Of a stretch of DNA of 64,000 nt, positions 1 through 11,729 are shown piece after piece. This DNA is from an uncultured Bacteroidales bacterium (GTDB taxonomy: Bacteria; Bacteroidota; Bacteroidia; Bacteroidales; UBA10428). Location: assembly GCA_964521285.1 (NCBI GenBank), contig CAZFQS010000012.1, forward strand, positions 15,683-79,682. The letters run 5' to 3'. A program made the position numbers and the translations under genes. Each line of letters starts with the position of its first letter. Positions within the stretch are counted from its first letter, which is position 1. The notes below the pieces were generated by a model that worked only from the letters and a program-made list of their open reading frames with translations, ran no database searches and was not told the origin of the DNA.

Positions 1-39
1 CTGGCATAAATTATATCCTGAACAATTAAATATTATATA

Positions 40-2493
40 ATGAGGAGAGCACTTTTTTTAACCCTAATTATTCTGTTAGATTTACAATTTTCATCTATCC
101 AGGGCATGCAGGAACTCAGACTCTGGTATAACCGTCCTGCAAATAACTGGAATGAGGCACTTCCTTTGGGAAACGGGCGTTTGGGAGCTATGGTATTTGG
201 AAATCCCGAAAAGGAGCATTTGCAATTAAATGAGGAAACTGTCTGGGCTGGCGGACCACACAACAATGTGAATTCCGAATCAAAACCATACCTTGCCGAA
301 GTGCGCGATCTTCTGTTTAAAGGAGAGTATAAAAAAGCCCAGGAGATGGCCGATAAGTATATTCAAAATCCCGTTAACGGGATGCCTTACCAGCCTACAG
401 GTGATATATATATCTCATTTCAGGGTCACGGAGGCTATTCTGATTATTATCGTGATTTGGATATAGGCAAGGCTGTGGCTACCGTATCCTATTCATTAAA
501 TGATGTACAATATAAAAGGGAAATCTTTTCTTCATTTACAGACCAGGTGATCATTGTCCGTCTTACAGCCAGCAAACCGGGAATGATCAGCTGCATTGTA
601 GCTGCCGGAAGTCCGCAAAAGCATGAGACTGAGATTAGCGATGATAGAATAGTAATTAAGGGTATTACAACAGATCATGAGGGGATAAAGGGGCAGGTTA
701 GATTTAATACTATAATAAAACCTGTAATTGAGAATGGGCATCTTGAGAAGAATGACAGTTGTCTGGTTATTAAAAATGCAAACCTGGCCACGATTTATGT
801 TTCAATTGGTACTAATTTTGTTAATTACAAAGATATTAGCGCCAATCCTGCAGAGAAGTCTGAGAGTTACCTTAAAGGGGCTTTGCAAAATGACTATAAT
901 ACTGCACTGAGAGACCATATTGCTTTCTATAAGAAATATTTTGACAGGGTATATCTTGACCTGGGTACAACAGATTCTGTTAGTAATCCAACTGATGTAA
1001 GGTTGAAACAATTTAAACACGGAAATGATCTGCAGCTTGCTGCACTGTATTTTCAATATGGGCGTTACCTGCTAATCAGCAGTTCGCAGCCTGGCGGACA
1101 GCCTGCTAATCTTCAGGGTATCTGGAACCATCTGTTAAAACCACCCTGGGAAAGTAAATACACCCTGAATATCAATTGTGAAATGAACTACTGGCCTGCG
1201 GAGGTAACTAACCTGACAGGACTTAACCAGCCATTATTCAGCATGATCAGAGATCTGTCAGTTACAGGTAAGGAAAGCGCAAGTAAGCTATATGATGCAA
1301 GGGGATGGGTAGTACACCATAATACAGATATATGGCGTGTTACAGGCATATTTGACATGGCATTTTACGGATTATGGCAATCGGGCAGTGCATGGCTCAG
1401 CCAGCATATGTGGCAGCATTACCTGTATACAGGTGACAAAGCTTTTCTTGGAGAGGTGTATCCGATAATGAAAAGTGCTGCAGAATTTTATGTTGACGAA
1501 CTTGTTGAGGAGCACCATACAGGATATTTGGTAATAGGCCCGTCCAACTCACCTGAAAATAAATACCTGGGTCTGGCATCAGCAAGTGTGGGAACAACAA
1601 TGGACAACCAACTGATATTCGATTTGTTTTCCAATGTGATAAGGTCAGCTGAAATACTTAACCTTGATAATGCCTTTGCTGATACACTCCGGAATAAACG
1701 TTCACGGCTGGCACCAATGCAGATCGGACAATACAGTCAGCTTCAGGAATGGCTTTATGACTGGGATGATACTACAGATCATCACCGCCATGTTTCACAT
1801 CTCTATGGATTGTACCCTGGTAACCAGATATCGCCAAAACGGACTCCTGAACTTTTCCAGGCTGCAAAAAACTCTCTGCACTACAGGGGTGATGAGTCTA
1901 CAGGCTGGTCCATGGGATGGAAAGTAAACCTGTGGGCACGATTACTGGATGGTAACCATGCGTATAAACTCATTGCTGATCAGTTAACGCCGGCAGTTCA
2001 GCCAGATGGTTCTGTAAAAGGAGGAACTTACCTGAATCTTCTTGATGCCCACCCGCCGTTTCAGATTGACGGTAATTTCGGCTGTACAGCTGGTGTTGCT
2101 GAAATGCTTCTCCAGAGCCACGACGGATACATTTATATACTGCCTGCATTACCCGGGCGCTGGCCACATGGTGAAGTGAAAGGATTAGTGGCCAGGGGCG
2201 GATTTGAAGTGGACATAAGCTGGGAGGACGGGAAAATAAAGACGCTTACTATTCAATCCGGACTGGGAGGTAATTGCCGTTTGAGGTTATTACAGACAAT
2301 AAAGTCTACCTGTGATGCACAACTTACTGAGGCAACCGGAGTTAATACAAATCCGTTTTATTTTGTAAATGAAATAAGTAAGCCGTTAATATCACCTGAA
2401 GCAAAAATTAAAAAACCTGAAATAAAAGAATCACAAGTATACGATCTCGCAACAGACCCCGGAAAAACTTATACTTTTGTGATTGAAAAATAA
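40..2493 (+). CDS. GH95-family alpha-L-fucosidase, signal-peptide bearing
   Basis: 817-aa ORF with a hydrophobic N-terminus. The N-terminal [27 protein letters not shown] block and overall length are typical of GH95 alpha-1,2-L-fucosidases. Confidence 0.85.
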   Translation: MRRALFLTLIILLDLQFSSIQGMQELRLWYNRPANNWNEALPLGNGRLGAMVFGNPEKEHLQLNEETVWAGGPHNNVNSESKPYLAEVRDLLFKGEYKKAQEMADKYIQNPVNGMPYQPTGDIYISFQGHGGYSDYYRDLDIGKAVATVSYSLNDVQYKREIFSSFTDQVIIVRLTASKPGMISCIVAAGSPQKHETEISDDRIVIKGITTDHEGIKGQVRFNTIIKPVIENGHLEKNDSCLVIKNANLATIYVSIGTNFVNYKDISANPAEKSESYLKGALQNDYNTALRDHIAFYKKYFDRVYLDLGTTDSVSNPTDVRLKQFKHGNDLQLAALYFQYGRYLLISSSQPGGQPANLQGIWNHLLKPPWESKYTLNINCEMNYWPAEVTNLTGLNQPLFSMIRDLSVTGKESASKLYDARGWVVHHNTDIWRVTGIFDMAFYGLWQSGSAWLSQHMWQHYLYTGDKAFLGEVYPIMKSAAEFYVDELVEEHHTGYLVIGPSNSPENKYLGLASASVGTTMDNQLIFDLFSNVIRSAEILNLDNAFADTLRNKRSRLAPMQIGQYSQLQEWLYDWDDTTDHHRHVSHLYGLYPGNQISPKRTPELFQAAKNSLHYRGDESTGWSMGWKVNLWARLLDGNHAYKLIADQLTPAVQPDGSVKGGTYLNLLDAHPPFQIDGNFGCTAGVAEMLLQSHDGYIYILPALPGRWPHGEVKGLVARGGFEVDISWEDGKIKTLTIQSGLGGNCRLRLLQTIKSTCDAQLTEATGVNTNPFYFVNEISKPLISPEAKIKKPEIKESQVYDLATDPGKTYTFVIEK

Positions 2494-2534
2494 GATATAA
2501 ATAACTGAATATATCATAATAACTCCGGCAACTA

Positions 2535-5500
2535 ATGATAAATACGGGGCTTATATCAAAGGGATTAATACGATTCACACTTGTTCTTTTTTATGTGTTT
2601 ATTATGGCAGATTGTTATTCCATGGAAGGTCTTCGCTATGATATATTATTGAATGATGACTGGCGAACTGCAGCAAATGATACAAACCAGTATGCATACC
2701 AGGGATTTGAACAATCAGGTTTTAATGATTCGGACTGGGAAAATGTAACTATACCCCATAACTGGGATAAGTATGATGGTTACCGGAGGATGTTACATGG
2801 AAACAGGCATGGTTATGCCTGGTACAGAAAATATTTCGCAATTAGTTCCGGTGAACATGACCGGAGGTATTTCCTCTGGTTCGAAGGTGTCGGATCATAC
2901 GCCACAGTTTGGCTTAATGGCAAAAAGGCAGGCTATCATGCTGGCGGCAGAACATCTTTCACCATTGATATTACCGATATAGTCTATACTGATAACAGAC
3001 CAAATTTATTAGCAGTACGTGCTGACCATCCGGCGTCAATAAGAGATTTACCATGGGTATGTGGCGGCTGCTCCGAGGAACGGGGTTTTTCAGAAGGCTC
3101 CCAGCCAATGGGTATTTTCAGGCCTGTTCATTTAATCATTACCAGGGAGGTTAGGATAGAACCTTTTGGAGTACATATATGGAATGATACAACCGTATCT
3201 GATAAATATGCCCTGATAAATATTGAAACTGAAGTAAAAAATTATAGTGAAAAGACAAGAACTGTTACCCTTGTAAATCGTGTTTTAAACCATGATGGCA
3301 CAATTATCGCTGAAGGCAGGTCAAAAGAAAAGATCCCTGCCGATACAAATATTATTATAAGGTATGAGCCACTTCAGATAACCAATCCGCATCTATGGTC
3401 ACCGGAGAATCCATACCTTTATTTAGTAGAGTCAGAGTTGACTGAAAAGGACAAAGTAATTGATTATATTACTACCCGTTATGGTATAAGGTGGATTAGG
3501 TGGCCCGTTGGGGGAGAAGGCATGAACGGACAGTTTTTTCTTAATGGTAAGCCGGTTTTTATAAACGGAACGGCCGAGTATGAGCATATGATGGGACAGA
3601 GTCATGCTTTTAGTGCCGAACAGATACAATCCCGGGTAATGCAGGTGAAAGCGGCAGGTTTTAACGCATTCAGAGATGCCCACCAGCCGCATAATCTAAG
3701 ATATAATAGATTTTTAGATCAATATGGAATCCTATGGTGGCCCCAGTTTGCAGCCCATATATGGTTTGATAATCCTGAATTCAGGGACAATTTTAAAATG
3801 CTGCTAAAAGACTGGGTGAAGGAGCGCCGTAACAGTCCCTCATTGATACTATGGGGACTTGAAAACGAGAGTTCCCTCCCTGCTGATTTTGCAGAGGAAT
3901 GTACTGCCATTATCCGCGGGCTTGATCCTACTGCCTCTGCACAGAGGAAAGTAACAACCTGTAATGGGGGGGAAGGCACTGACTGGAATATTATTCAAAA
4001 CTGGTCAGGTACATATGAGGGTGATCCTTATACCTATGCTGAGGATATTCAGCGTGAATTACTAAATGGAGAATACGGAGCCTGGAGAAGTATTGATATG
4101 CATACTGAGGGACCTTTTGAAGAAAACGGACCAATAAGCGAAGACAGGATGACACAGTTAATGGAGATGAAGATAAGACTGGCTGAATCGGTAAGAGAAA
4201 AATGTTGCGGACAATTTCACTGGTTGTTCAACTCTCACGAAAACCCGGGAAGAACACAGAACGGTGAAGCATTACGTGAACTGGACAGGGCGGGCCCAGT
4301 CAACTACAAAGGATTATTTACGTGCTGGGGAGAGCCCCTGGATGTTTATTATATGTACAGGGCTAATTATACTTCTGCAGATAAGGAACCAATGGTATAT
4401 ATAGTCTCACATACATGGCCCGGACGTTGGACAGCGCCCGGTAAAAAAGACGGTATAGTTGTATATTCCAATTGTGAGGAGGTTGAACTTTTCAATGATG
4501 TTAAAACACTTTCTCTTGGCAAACGAACACGCCAGGGCACTGGCACACATTTTCAATGGGATGGGGTAGAAGTACTCTATAATGTGCTTTATGCCACAGG
4601 ATATATAAATGGTAAAGTTGTGGCACATGATTGTATTGTGTTGAACCATCTTCCGGAATCACCACATTTTGCTGATTTAACAGAAGAAGCAAAACCTGTT
4701 CCGTCCTCAATCCGGGGTTATAACTATCTGTACCGAGTTAATTGCGGCGGGCCCGATTATAAAGATAAAAACGGCAACATATGGATGGGCGATTGTCATA
4801 AAACAAGTGATACAACATGGGGCAGTAGATCATGGACAGACGAGTATCAGGCTATGCCTTCTTTCTATGGTAGCCAGAGACGGACTTTTGATCCTATAGG
4901 AAACACAACTGACTGGAAGCTTTTCCAGACATTCCGTTATGGCCGTGATATGCTTAGCTATGAATTTCCTGTGCCCGATGGGGAATACCTTGTAGAACTT
5001 TATTTTATCGAACCCTGGTACGGCACAGGGGGAGGTATGGATTGTTCCGGATGGCGGCTTTTTGATGTGGCTGTAAACAACAAAATAGTATTGAAGAATC
5101 TGGATATATGGAAGGAAGCCGGGCATGACCAGGTACTTAAGAAATTAGTAAAGGTGAATGTTATGGGCGGACAGCTTGTCATTTCTTTTCCGAATATGGC
5201 AAGCGGACAGGCAGTAATATCTGCAATAGCTATAGCTTCACATGACAATCAAATAACACCGTCTCCCCGGTCAGTTTTCCTGGTTGAAAACTTTAGCATG
5301 ACCGACAGGGAAGCATCAGAAAAATGGTCTGTCCAGTCATGGATGGACATAGGCGATATACAATATACAGATGATAATGTAACCTTCAGGTCACTGCCTT
5401 CAAACCTCTATGGTGCTGAATGGATAAGAACGGGTAAGATGAACAAAGGGTCTGATGATCATATTCTTGCTACCTTCAATCTAAGTGCTGAATCGGATGT

Positions 5501-5741
5501 GTATGTAGCCCTGGATACATTAATAACCGAAAGGCCGGCATGGATGGAAAGTTATGAAGATACCGGAACCATAATTGAAAATGATCATGACGGAGGGCAT
5601 AAATTCCGGGTTTACAGTAAACGTTATCCCGGGGGAGCTACAGTGCTGCTGGGTAATAATGGCAGTTCATCATCAGAAAATGCCCAGATGTATACTGTTG
5701 CTGTTTGTCCGGTTACAAGCATTAAACAACCCGGTGATTAA
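2535..5741 (+). CDS. GH2-family glycosidase (beta-galactosidase-like) with C-terminal malectin-like carbohydrate-binding module
   Basis: 1068 aa. GH2 N-terminal sugar-binding hallmarks (NDDWR, IPHNWD, YAWYRKYF) and a TIM-barrel acid/base region (ILWGLENES). The downstream YRVNCGGPDYKDKNGNIWMGD stretch is typical of malectin/di-glucose-binding domains. Confidence 0.8.
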   Translation: MINTGLISKGLIRFTLVLFYVFIMADCYSMEGLRYDILLNDDWRTAANDTNQYAYQGFEQSGFNDSDWENVTIPHNWDKYDGYRRMLHGNRHGYAWYRKYFAISSGEHDRRYFLWFEGVGSYATVWLNGKKAGYHAGGRTSFTIDITDIVYTDNRPNLLAVRADHPASIRDLPWVCGGCSEERGFSEGSQPMGIFRPVHLIITREVRIEPFGVHIWNDTTVSDKYALINIETEVKNYSEKTRTVTLVNRVLNHDGTIIAEGRSKEKIPADTNIIIRYEPLQITNPHLWSPENPYLYLVESELTEKDKVIDYITTRYGIRWIRWPVGGEGMNGQFFLNGKPVFINGTAEYEHMMGQSHAFSAEQIQSRVMQVKAAGFNAFRDAHQPHNLRYNRFLDQYGILWWPQFAAHIWFDNPEFRDNFKMLLKDWVKERRNSPSLILWGLENESSLPADFAEECTAIIRGLDPTASAQRKVTTCNGGEGTDWNIIQNWSGTYEGDPYTYAEDIQRELLNGEYGAWRSIDMHTEGPFEENGPISEDRMTQLMEMKIRLAESVREKCCGQFHWLFNSHENPGRTQNGEALRELDRAGPVNYKGLFTCWGEPLDVYYMYRANYTSADKEPMVYIVSHTWPGRWTAPGKKDGIVVYSNCEEVELFNDVKTLSLGKRTRQGTGTHFQWDGVEVLYNVLYATGYINGKVVAHDCIVLNHLPESPHFADLTEEAKPVPSSIRGYNYLYRVNCGGPDYKDKNGNIWMGDCHKTSDTTWGSRSWTDEYQAMPSFYGSQRRTFDPIGNTTDWKLFQTFRYGRDMLSYEFPVPDGEYLVELYFIEPWYGTGGGMDCSGWRLFDVAVNNKIVLKNLDIWKEAGHDQVLKKLVKVNVMGGQLVISFPNMASGQAVISAIAIASHDNQITPSPRSVFLVENFSMTDREASEKWSVQSWMDIGDIQYTDDNVTFRSLPSNLYGAEWIRTGKMNKGSDDHILATFNLSAESDVYVALDTLITERPAWMESYEDTGTIIENDHDGGHKFRVYSKRYPGGATVLLGNNGSSSSENAQMYTVAVCPVTSIKQPGD

Positions 5742-5744
5742 AAT

Positions 5745-5780
5745 AAAAAACCCAATAATACCTGTTAAAGCATTATCGGG
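5745..5780 (-). terminator. Rho-independent terminator for the 5818..6783 gene
   Basis: The minus-strand RNA reads CCCGAUAAU-12 nt loop-AUUAUUGGG followed directly by UUUUUU. The single imperfect position is a G-U wobble only in the minus-strand transcript. Confidence 0.55.
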
Positions 5781-5817
5781 CAGTAAAGATTTTTATCCTT
5801 AATCTTAACTATCTAAA

Positions 5818-6783
5818 TCACTTTAGTAAGATCATCTTCCTTGTAATTACCATGTCATTCATCTTAAGCCTGCAAAAATACACATTACTGTTAAGATTTG
5901 AGGCATAGAAGGGGACTTTGTAAGTTCCTGTTTCTTTTGTTTCATTTACCAGGGTAGCAACCTCCATACCAAGGGAATTGTACACCGCTAACCTTATATC
6001 ACTTCTTTCAGGTACCGAATAAGTGATTGTTGTTGTTTCATTAAAGGGATTAGGGTAATTTTTAAGGAGTTCGCCTGGATTAATTTTCATTTGTTCAATT
6101 TCACTTGGCGGAGTTGCTGCTGAATCTAACAAACTTATATTGTCAATAACAATATCGTATGGCAATTCCTGTGGGGGTTGAGCTTCTGAATCAATCCATG
6201 CACCAACGTTCACAGTAAAGTACACAGTTGCTTCCTCACCAAGGGTATCAGGGAGATAAAATCTTTCACCGCTACCTCTGCAGTTATCATCCTGAAATGT
6301 TCCGTCAATATTGGCACCACAACCCAGCCAGGTATTGAAACCAAGAACACACCAGTCCCCGTCAGGATAGTCTTCGCCATCAACAGGTTCCATAGTACCA
6401 ATAAGTATCTCGCACCAGAACTGGTTAAGTTCACCAAAGGTTAGGTCACTAAATGCACCACTTATTATATATTTCGTGTCTGCTTTTAAAGTAACCGGCT
6501 GCCAGAACAGGATATTGGAAGATGCCAGACCATCAGCAAATACATTAAGAGTTCCGCCTTCACAGAAAGTACAGGAGTTATTGCTGTTAAATTCATAGCC
6601 AGCCTCTTCTTCACTGTCCAGATGTGAAACATTCCATGCTTCGGGATCTTCCATATTGCCACCCTGAAGCATCTCCACCTGCCCAGAGGCATTTTTTGAC
6701 AACGATAATACAAGAAGCAGGCATAATGCAACAGGAATAAATTGCTTCTTAATTAGTGTTGGTAAGAGTAAATCTTTTTTCAT
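5818..6783 (-). CDS. Secreted carbohydrate-binding-module-like protein with T9SS C-terminal sorting domain
   Basis: Signal peptide, a CBM4/9-like beta-sandwich region, and a C-terminal ~80 aa with the NYPNPFNETTTITYSV...VYFCRLKM pattern typical of Por/T9SS CTDs. Confidence 0.6.
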   Translation of the reverse strand: MKKDLLLPTLIKKQFIPVALCLLLVLSLSKNASGQVEMLQGGNMEDPEAWNVSHLDSEEEAGYEFNSNNSCTFCEGGTLNVFADGLASSNILFWQPVTLKADTKYIISGAFSDLTFGELNQFWCEILIGTMEPVDGEDYPDGDWCVLGFNTWLGCGANIDGTFQDDNCRGSGERFYLPDTLGEEATVYFTVNVGAWIDSEAQPPQELPYDIVIDNISLLDSAATPPSEIEQMKINPGELLKNYPNPFNETTTITYSVPERSDIRLAVYNSLGMEVATLVNETKETGTYKVPFYASNLNSNVYFCRLKMNDMVITRKMILLK

Positions 6784-7023
6784 GGTATTTATTTTTAAGT
6801 TTAGAAAATGATTATTTCAAATAACTGAAATTAACATCTGTCTTAGGCTCTTCAATGCTATTCTATTAACAAATTTAAGCTAATATTTTCTTTTAGTCAA
6901 CCGTCTGGCGTAATTAATTGATTTTTGAAAATGGTAGTTTTATTTTCTATATTTATCATGATAAGCTATTAGTTTAATAAAAAATGATCATTTATTTAAT
7001 TAAAATAAAAAAACAAGTATAAA

Positions 7024-8259
7024 ATGAACAGCAAAAAAAATCCGGAAACCAGCAGAAGGAATTTCTTGAAAAAAGGCATGGCAGGTGCAGCCGGTTTATC
7101 TGTAGTGTCTTCTCTTAATGCCCTGAATTTTAAAGAAGGAAAACAGCAAAATATGAAGGACGGGGTTGATAAGAAGATCATCTGGCGCACATTAGGAAGA
7201 ACAGGCATAAAAGTACCTGTAATAAGTATGGGAACTTCAGCAAATGAATATTTAATTAAGGCTGCCCTTAATAGGGGTATTATATACTTTGATTGTGCAA
7301 ATGGTTATGGTAACGGGCTGCATGAAGCAACTTTCGGACGGGTATTAAAAGGCAAACCACGGGATTCATTTGTGATTGTAACCAAAATATATGGTCTTCG
7401 TGATAATAGTACAGGTATGCCGAGGACAAATGTCACCACGGAAGAATTTATTGCTGATTTCAGGCAAAGGATGGAAACGAGTTTAAAAAGGCTTCAACTG
7501 GATTATGTTGATATTCTGTATTTGCACGCTGCAGATAATCCGGAAGTTATCAGGCTAAGTATGATTAAAGATCTTATGCAGGAATTAAAAAGTGAAGGTA
7601 AAACCAGGTTTCTTGGAATTTCAACTCATACAAATGATGTTATATATGCAATTGCGGAGGAAGGTGTTTATGATGTTATTCTTGCCGGATATAATTTCCG
7701 TGATCAGGAAAGCGGAGCAACTAAAAAAGCAATTCATCATGCAGCCCAGTCAGGTTGCGGTATAGTTGGCATGAAAGCTCTGGCAGGTGTATACTGGGAT
7801 GAGGAACGAAAACATCCGATAAATCCCAGGGCAGCAACTAAATGGATGTTGCAGAACGAGGACATTCATACTGCTGTCCTTTCAATGAATACATTTGAAC
7901 AGCTTGAAATGTACTGGTCACTGATGAATGACTTAACTCTCACTCCTGAAGAAGAGAGTGATCTCCGCCTGGGAGAGAATCTAAGTCTGACAGGACTTTA
8001 TTGTTCCAACTGCAGGCAATGTTTACCCCAGTGTCCGCATGGAGTAGATATTCCAAAGCTTATGAGAAGCTATATGTATGCTTATGGATACCGGAAACCC
8101 TCCAAAGCAAAAGAAACACTGCAACTGGTTGACGCTACCAAGATAAGATGTAGTGAATGTTCTTCCTGCGATATTGACTGCAGTATGGGCTTTAATATTC
8201 GAAAAAAAATAACAGATATTACCCGCATTATGGATATTCCGGATGAATTTTTAGTTTAA
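7024..8259 (+). CDS. Tat-exported aldo/keto reductase with C-terminal 2x[4Fe-4S]-type Cys clusters
   Basis: Twin-arginine leader SRRNFLKKGMAGAAG and an AKR core (LQLDYVDILYLH). C-terminal CSNCRQCLPQCP (CxxCxxCxxxCP) and CSECSSCDIDC motifs. Confidence 0.75.
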   Translation: MNSKKNPETSRRNFLKKGMAGAAGLSVVSSLNALNFKEGKQQNMKDGVDKKIIWRTLGRTGIKVPVISMGTSANEYLIKAALNRGIIYFDCANGYGNGLHEATFGRVLKGKPRDSFVIVTKIYGLRDNSTGMPRTNVTTEEFIADFRQRMETSLKRLQLDYVDILYLHAADNPEVIRLSMIKDLMQELKSEGKTRFLGISTHTNDVIYAIAEEGVYDVILAGYNFRDQESGATKKAIHHAAQSGCGIVGMKALAGVYWDEERKHPINPRAATKWMLQNEDIHTAVLSMNTFEQLEMYWSLMNDLTLTPEEESDLRLGENLSLTGLYCSNCRQCLPQCPHGVDIPKLMRSYMYAYGYRKPSKAKETLQLVDATKIRCSECSSCDIDCSMGFNIRKKITDITRIMDIPDEFLV

Positions 8260-8281
8260 TAATGAATTAATTGTTAATGAA

Positions 8282-9565
8282 ATGATAGCAAGAAAAATTC
8301 AATTACTGGTCATATTGGCTGTTTATTGTTTGCTAATACCGGTATCTTATACCAGGGCAGACTCAGATATAAAAAAATACTTTCCTGATATTGAAGGATT
8401 TTCAAGAGCCGGTGAGATAGAAACTTATCAGCCTGGTAATCTCTATGAAATTATTAATGGAGCAGCTGATATTTACCTCAATTATGAGTTCAGGGAACTC
8501 GCTGTTCTTACATATAAGAAACCGGCAGAGCAGTCAATTACGGTTAAAATATACCGCCATGAGAATCCTGATTATGGATTTGGCATATACAGCCAGGAAA
8601 GGTCTGATTATATCGGGAATTTTATAGAGATTGGTACTGAAGGTTATTATGAAACAGGCATATTGAATTTTTACAAGGACTGTTTTTATGTGAAAATGAG
8701 AGGATACAACCTTGAAAACGAAGAATCTGTTTTATCTGAGATTGCCCGGCAGATAGCTACTCTCCTGCCCGGAGAAAGTAAATATCCGGATAGTTTCAGA
8801 ATTTTTCCTGAAACAAACAGGCAGGTTAACAGGGACAAATTTATTCCAAAGGATTTCCTGGGATATCCGTTTTTTAAGATGGCTTACACAGCAGATTACT
8901 ATGCTCCGAATGAAGGCCTGTTTACATTCTTTATCCTTAAGGGTAACTCCAGGGAAGAATGCAGAGAAATGCTGCAGGCATATATGGAATTCCTTGAAAA
9001 GGATAAACAGGAAATTTCAGAAGGTCGAATGACTGTAGCAGATCCTTACTATGGCATTATTGACATGGTATGGAAAGATAATTATATTAAAGGGACTTTC
9101 GGACTGCAGGACAGTGCTTTGAGGACCAGATATCTGGAGTTTGACTATGACAAATTCAAAATGAATGTTGACAAATCCAACATAGCATTTAATAAAAAAG
9201 TATCATCTTCATCAATAGAAAACATTAGTTATAAACCGGAGAATGCAGTTGACGGACACCTGATAAGCCGGTGGTCAAGTGATTTTTCCGATCCACAATG
9301 GATATGTGTGGATCTTGGCGGTAATTTTACAATTAACAAGGTAAAACTATTCTGGGAAAAAGCATTCGCACGATCATATCAGATCCAGGTTTCAGCAGAC
9401 GGGAATAAATGGACAGCAGTATACTCAACAGAAGAAGGAGATGGCGAGGTTGATGAGATTCAATTTGAACCGGTAAAGGCAAGGTATGTACGCATGTATG
9501 GGTTGCAAAGGGCTACGGGCTGGGGCTATTCATTATACGAATTTCAGATAAGGGAGGAAAAGTGA
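8282..9565 (+). CDS. Secreted protein of unknown function with C-terminal F5/8 type C (discoidin) domain
   Basis: Signal peptide. The last ~130 aa (AVDGHLISRWSSDFSDPQWICVDLG...ARYVRMYG) match the discoidin/F5-8C pattern. The N-terminal 290 aa were not recognised. Confidence 0.6.
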   Translation: MIARKIQLLVILAVYCLLIPVSYTRADSDIKKYFPDIEGFSRAGEIETYQPGNLYEIINGAADIYLNYEFRELAVLTYKKPAEQSITVKIYRHENPDYGFGIYSQERSDYIGNFIEIGTEGYYETGILNFYKDCFYVKMRGYNLENEESVLSEIARQIATLLPGESKYPDSFRIFPETNRQVNRDKFIPKDFLGYPFFKMAYTADYYAPNEGLFTFFILKGNSREECREMLQAYMEFLEKDKQEISEGRMTVADPYYGIIDMVWKDNYIKGTFGLQDSALRTRYLEFDYDKFKMNVDKSNIAFNKKVSSSSIENISYKPENAVDGHLISRWSSDFSDPQWICVDLGGNFTINKVKLFWEKAFARSYQIQVSADGNKWTAVYSTEEGDGEVDEIQFEPVKARYVRMYGLQRATGWGYSLYEFQIREEK

Positions 9566-9595
9566 ACACTGCCCTGAGAAGGGCACTATCCCCTC

Positions 9596-11575
9596 TTACA
9601 CCTTCACTAATTTTTTTGTTATTACAATTCCGGAAGTAATGAGCCTGCAGAAATAAATGCCAATCTTTACTGGCTTACCGACTGTATTTTTACAGTCCCA
9701 TAAAACTGAGTAGTTTCCAGGCACCTGTATCTGGTCAACGAGGGTTGTTATCTTTTTCCCTGAGATATCAAATATGGTAATATTAGTGTGGCCTAGATCC
9801 GGAACAAAATAAGAAATAGTAGCACTTGTTTTAACAGGATTAGCGTAAATATTGAGTGAAACATCACTGAAAGTAACCGGACCAGCAATATTGCTTATCA
9901 CTCCTGTATCTCTTACTATTGCAGTATCCATATTTGTAATATGAATATTATCAAACCAGAAATGCATCCCTGTCATGTCATGGTGTTCAGCAACAATTTC
10001 AAACCTGTCAACAGCTGACCAGTCATAATCACCAACAGGATTGAACCATTCACCATCCCATGATCCATGTTCTGTAAATTCGTTTAACGGGATGTACAGG
10101 TGATGCCATCTTAAGTCCCACATAGCAAGATTTTCATCTATTGTATACCTCATGCGCCAGGGATGATCGACGGGCTCGCTGGTTTTAGTATCAATAAAGC
10201 GAATATCAAATTCTGCACCGGACTGTGAGCCGCGGACCATAAAATCAAAGGCATAATCATTTTCAACAAGTTCAGTAAGATCTTTGTCAGGCCGAAAATC
10301 AAATCCAATATTGTTATACTGGTCTGCGTCTCTCCAGTAAATACAATAACTGCCGTTATTCGGATTGTTTTCTGAGTAAAAATCTATTATAGCTTCTCCG
10401 GCCCAACTCGATTCATTAATCCACTGTCCTATATAATCCGTATATACAGGAAAGCCCACTGAATCAGGTTTCAATATAAATTCTTCCTGTTCAGGTACAT
10501 TTAATCCTAATGCGCGGACCAGCGCAGTATCAATATCATACTCAAACAAATCATTCCCTCCTTCTTCAAATATTCCAAAACCTCCTGTATAATCCCATAT
10601 TGTCCATGCTATATTATTATCCTCAAGGTATGTGCGTACAGTGTCGTACCAGTTTACCCTGTCCGTATGGGGGCTGTTAGGGATGTAAACTCCGAATTCC
10701 CCGCAGAAAATCGAAACATTACGGCTGTTCTTGAAGTCCACTGCTATATCAATAAGATCCTTTACATGTTCGACAGTACCGTCAGAGCTATAGTTATTCA
10801 GGGCACTTTGTATCCATGTCCCTATAAGATCATCAGGACATTCGGGGATGCTGCCGGCATCATAGGGGAAAGGCACACCGGCCAGTGATTCCATGGAAGG
10901 GTCTGTCCAGCTGGCCCCCTGGTGGGTGAACAGGAAGGGATCATAAAAATGAAATGTGTAAATAAGTTTATCGTCTGTATAGTCCGGCATATCATCCAAA
11001 TTATTATAACTGTTCCATCCGGCAGGTCCGATAATAATTGTATGTTTTGTGTCAACGTCACGGATTGCATCTATTACATTCTGCTGTATAGTATTCCATA
11101 TTTGATCTGAAATACCGTGGGGTTCATTAAGTACCTCATAATATATGTAGTTTGAACGGTCTTTATAATGTTCAGCCATTTGTGTCCATACTTTTATCAA
11201 AACCGGTTCAATATTGGGATCAGTATTCACTGATGGATCAAAAGTATGGTTGTCAATCAAAAGATGGATCTGCAGATCTTCTGCCCAGCTGACTGCCGAA
11301 TCGAGAAAATTCATAAAGATCGGATCCAGTATGTAGTCAGGTTCACCATCAGTCATATTATGCAAGTTAATCGGCAACATTATAACATCACAGCCCAGGC
11401 TTTTAATGTTTATAAAATCCTTCCTGGTGAATTCTGTGAATTGTATCTGTCGCGCGTTACCTGCCTGAAACCATCCGGTTAGGTTTACACCGCGGTTAAA
11501 TGGTGTCTGCGACACGGCAAACTGAATACAAATACTTAAAAAAATAATACTACTAAATACAAATCTTTTCATCAT
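9596..11575 (-). CDS. GH5-family endo-beta-glucanase with CBM-like module and T9SS CTD
   Basis: Signal peptide, then GVNLTGWF, the acid/base YYEVLNEPHG and the nucleophile IFCGEFG. A middle beta-sandwich module is followed by a C-terminal NIYANPVKTSATISYF...IYFCRLIT sorting domain. Confidence 0.8.
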   Translation of the reverse strand: MMKRFVFSSIIFLSICIQFAVSQTPFNRGVNLTGWFQAGNARQIQFTEFTRKDFINIKSLGCDVIMLPINLHNMTDGEPDYILDPIFMNFLDSAVSWAEDLQIHLLIDNHTFDPSVNTDPNIEPVLIKVWTQMAEHYKDRSNYIYYEVLNEPHGISDQIWNTIQQNVIDAIRDVDTKHTIIIGPAGWNSYNNLDDMPDYTDDKLIYTFHFYDPFLFTHQGASWTDPSMESLAGVPFPYDAGSIPECPDDLIGTWIQSALNNYSSDGTVEHVKDLIDIAVDFKNSRNVSIFCGEFGVYIPNSPHTDRVNWYDTVRTYLEDNNIAWTIWDYTGGFGIFEEGGNDLFEYDIDTALVRALGLNVPEQEEFILKPDSVGFPVYTDYIGQWINESSWAGEAIIDFYSENNPNNGSYCIYWRDADQYNNIGFDFRPDKDLTELVENDYAFDFMVRGSQSGAEFDIRFIDTKTSEPVDHPWRMRYTIDENLAMWDLRWHHLYIPLNEFTEHGSWDGEWFNPVGDYDWSAVDRFEIVAEHHDMTGMHFWFDNIHITNMDTAIVRDTGVISNIAGPVTFSDVSLNIYANPVKTSATISYFVPDLGHTNITIFDISGKKITTLVDQIQVPGNYSVLWDCKNTVGKPVKIGIYFCRLITSGIVITKKLVKV

Positions 11576-11729
11576 ATTATCATTTATTATTGCTACAATT
11601 GAAGATCAGGTCTCTGCATCATGGTTTACTACAAATATAATTATTATGCATGGAATAAAATATTTTGCATCATTTTATAGTATTCCCGTCTATTTATAAA
11701 AATCGTTTATTAACCAAAATTTAACAGAA

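Noticed and set aside
9570-9585. Hairpin UGCCC-UGAGAA-GGGCA between convergent genes as a terminator
   Set aside because: The stem is only 5 bp and there is no adjacent T/A tract on either strand, which is too weak to call.
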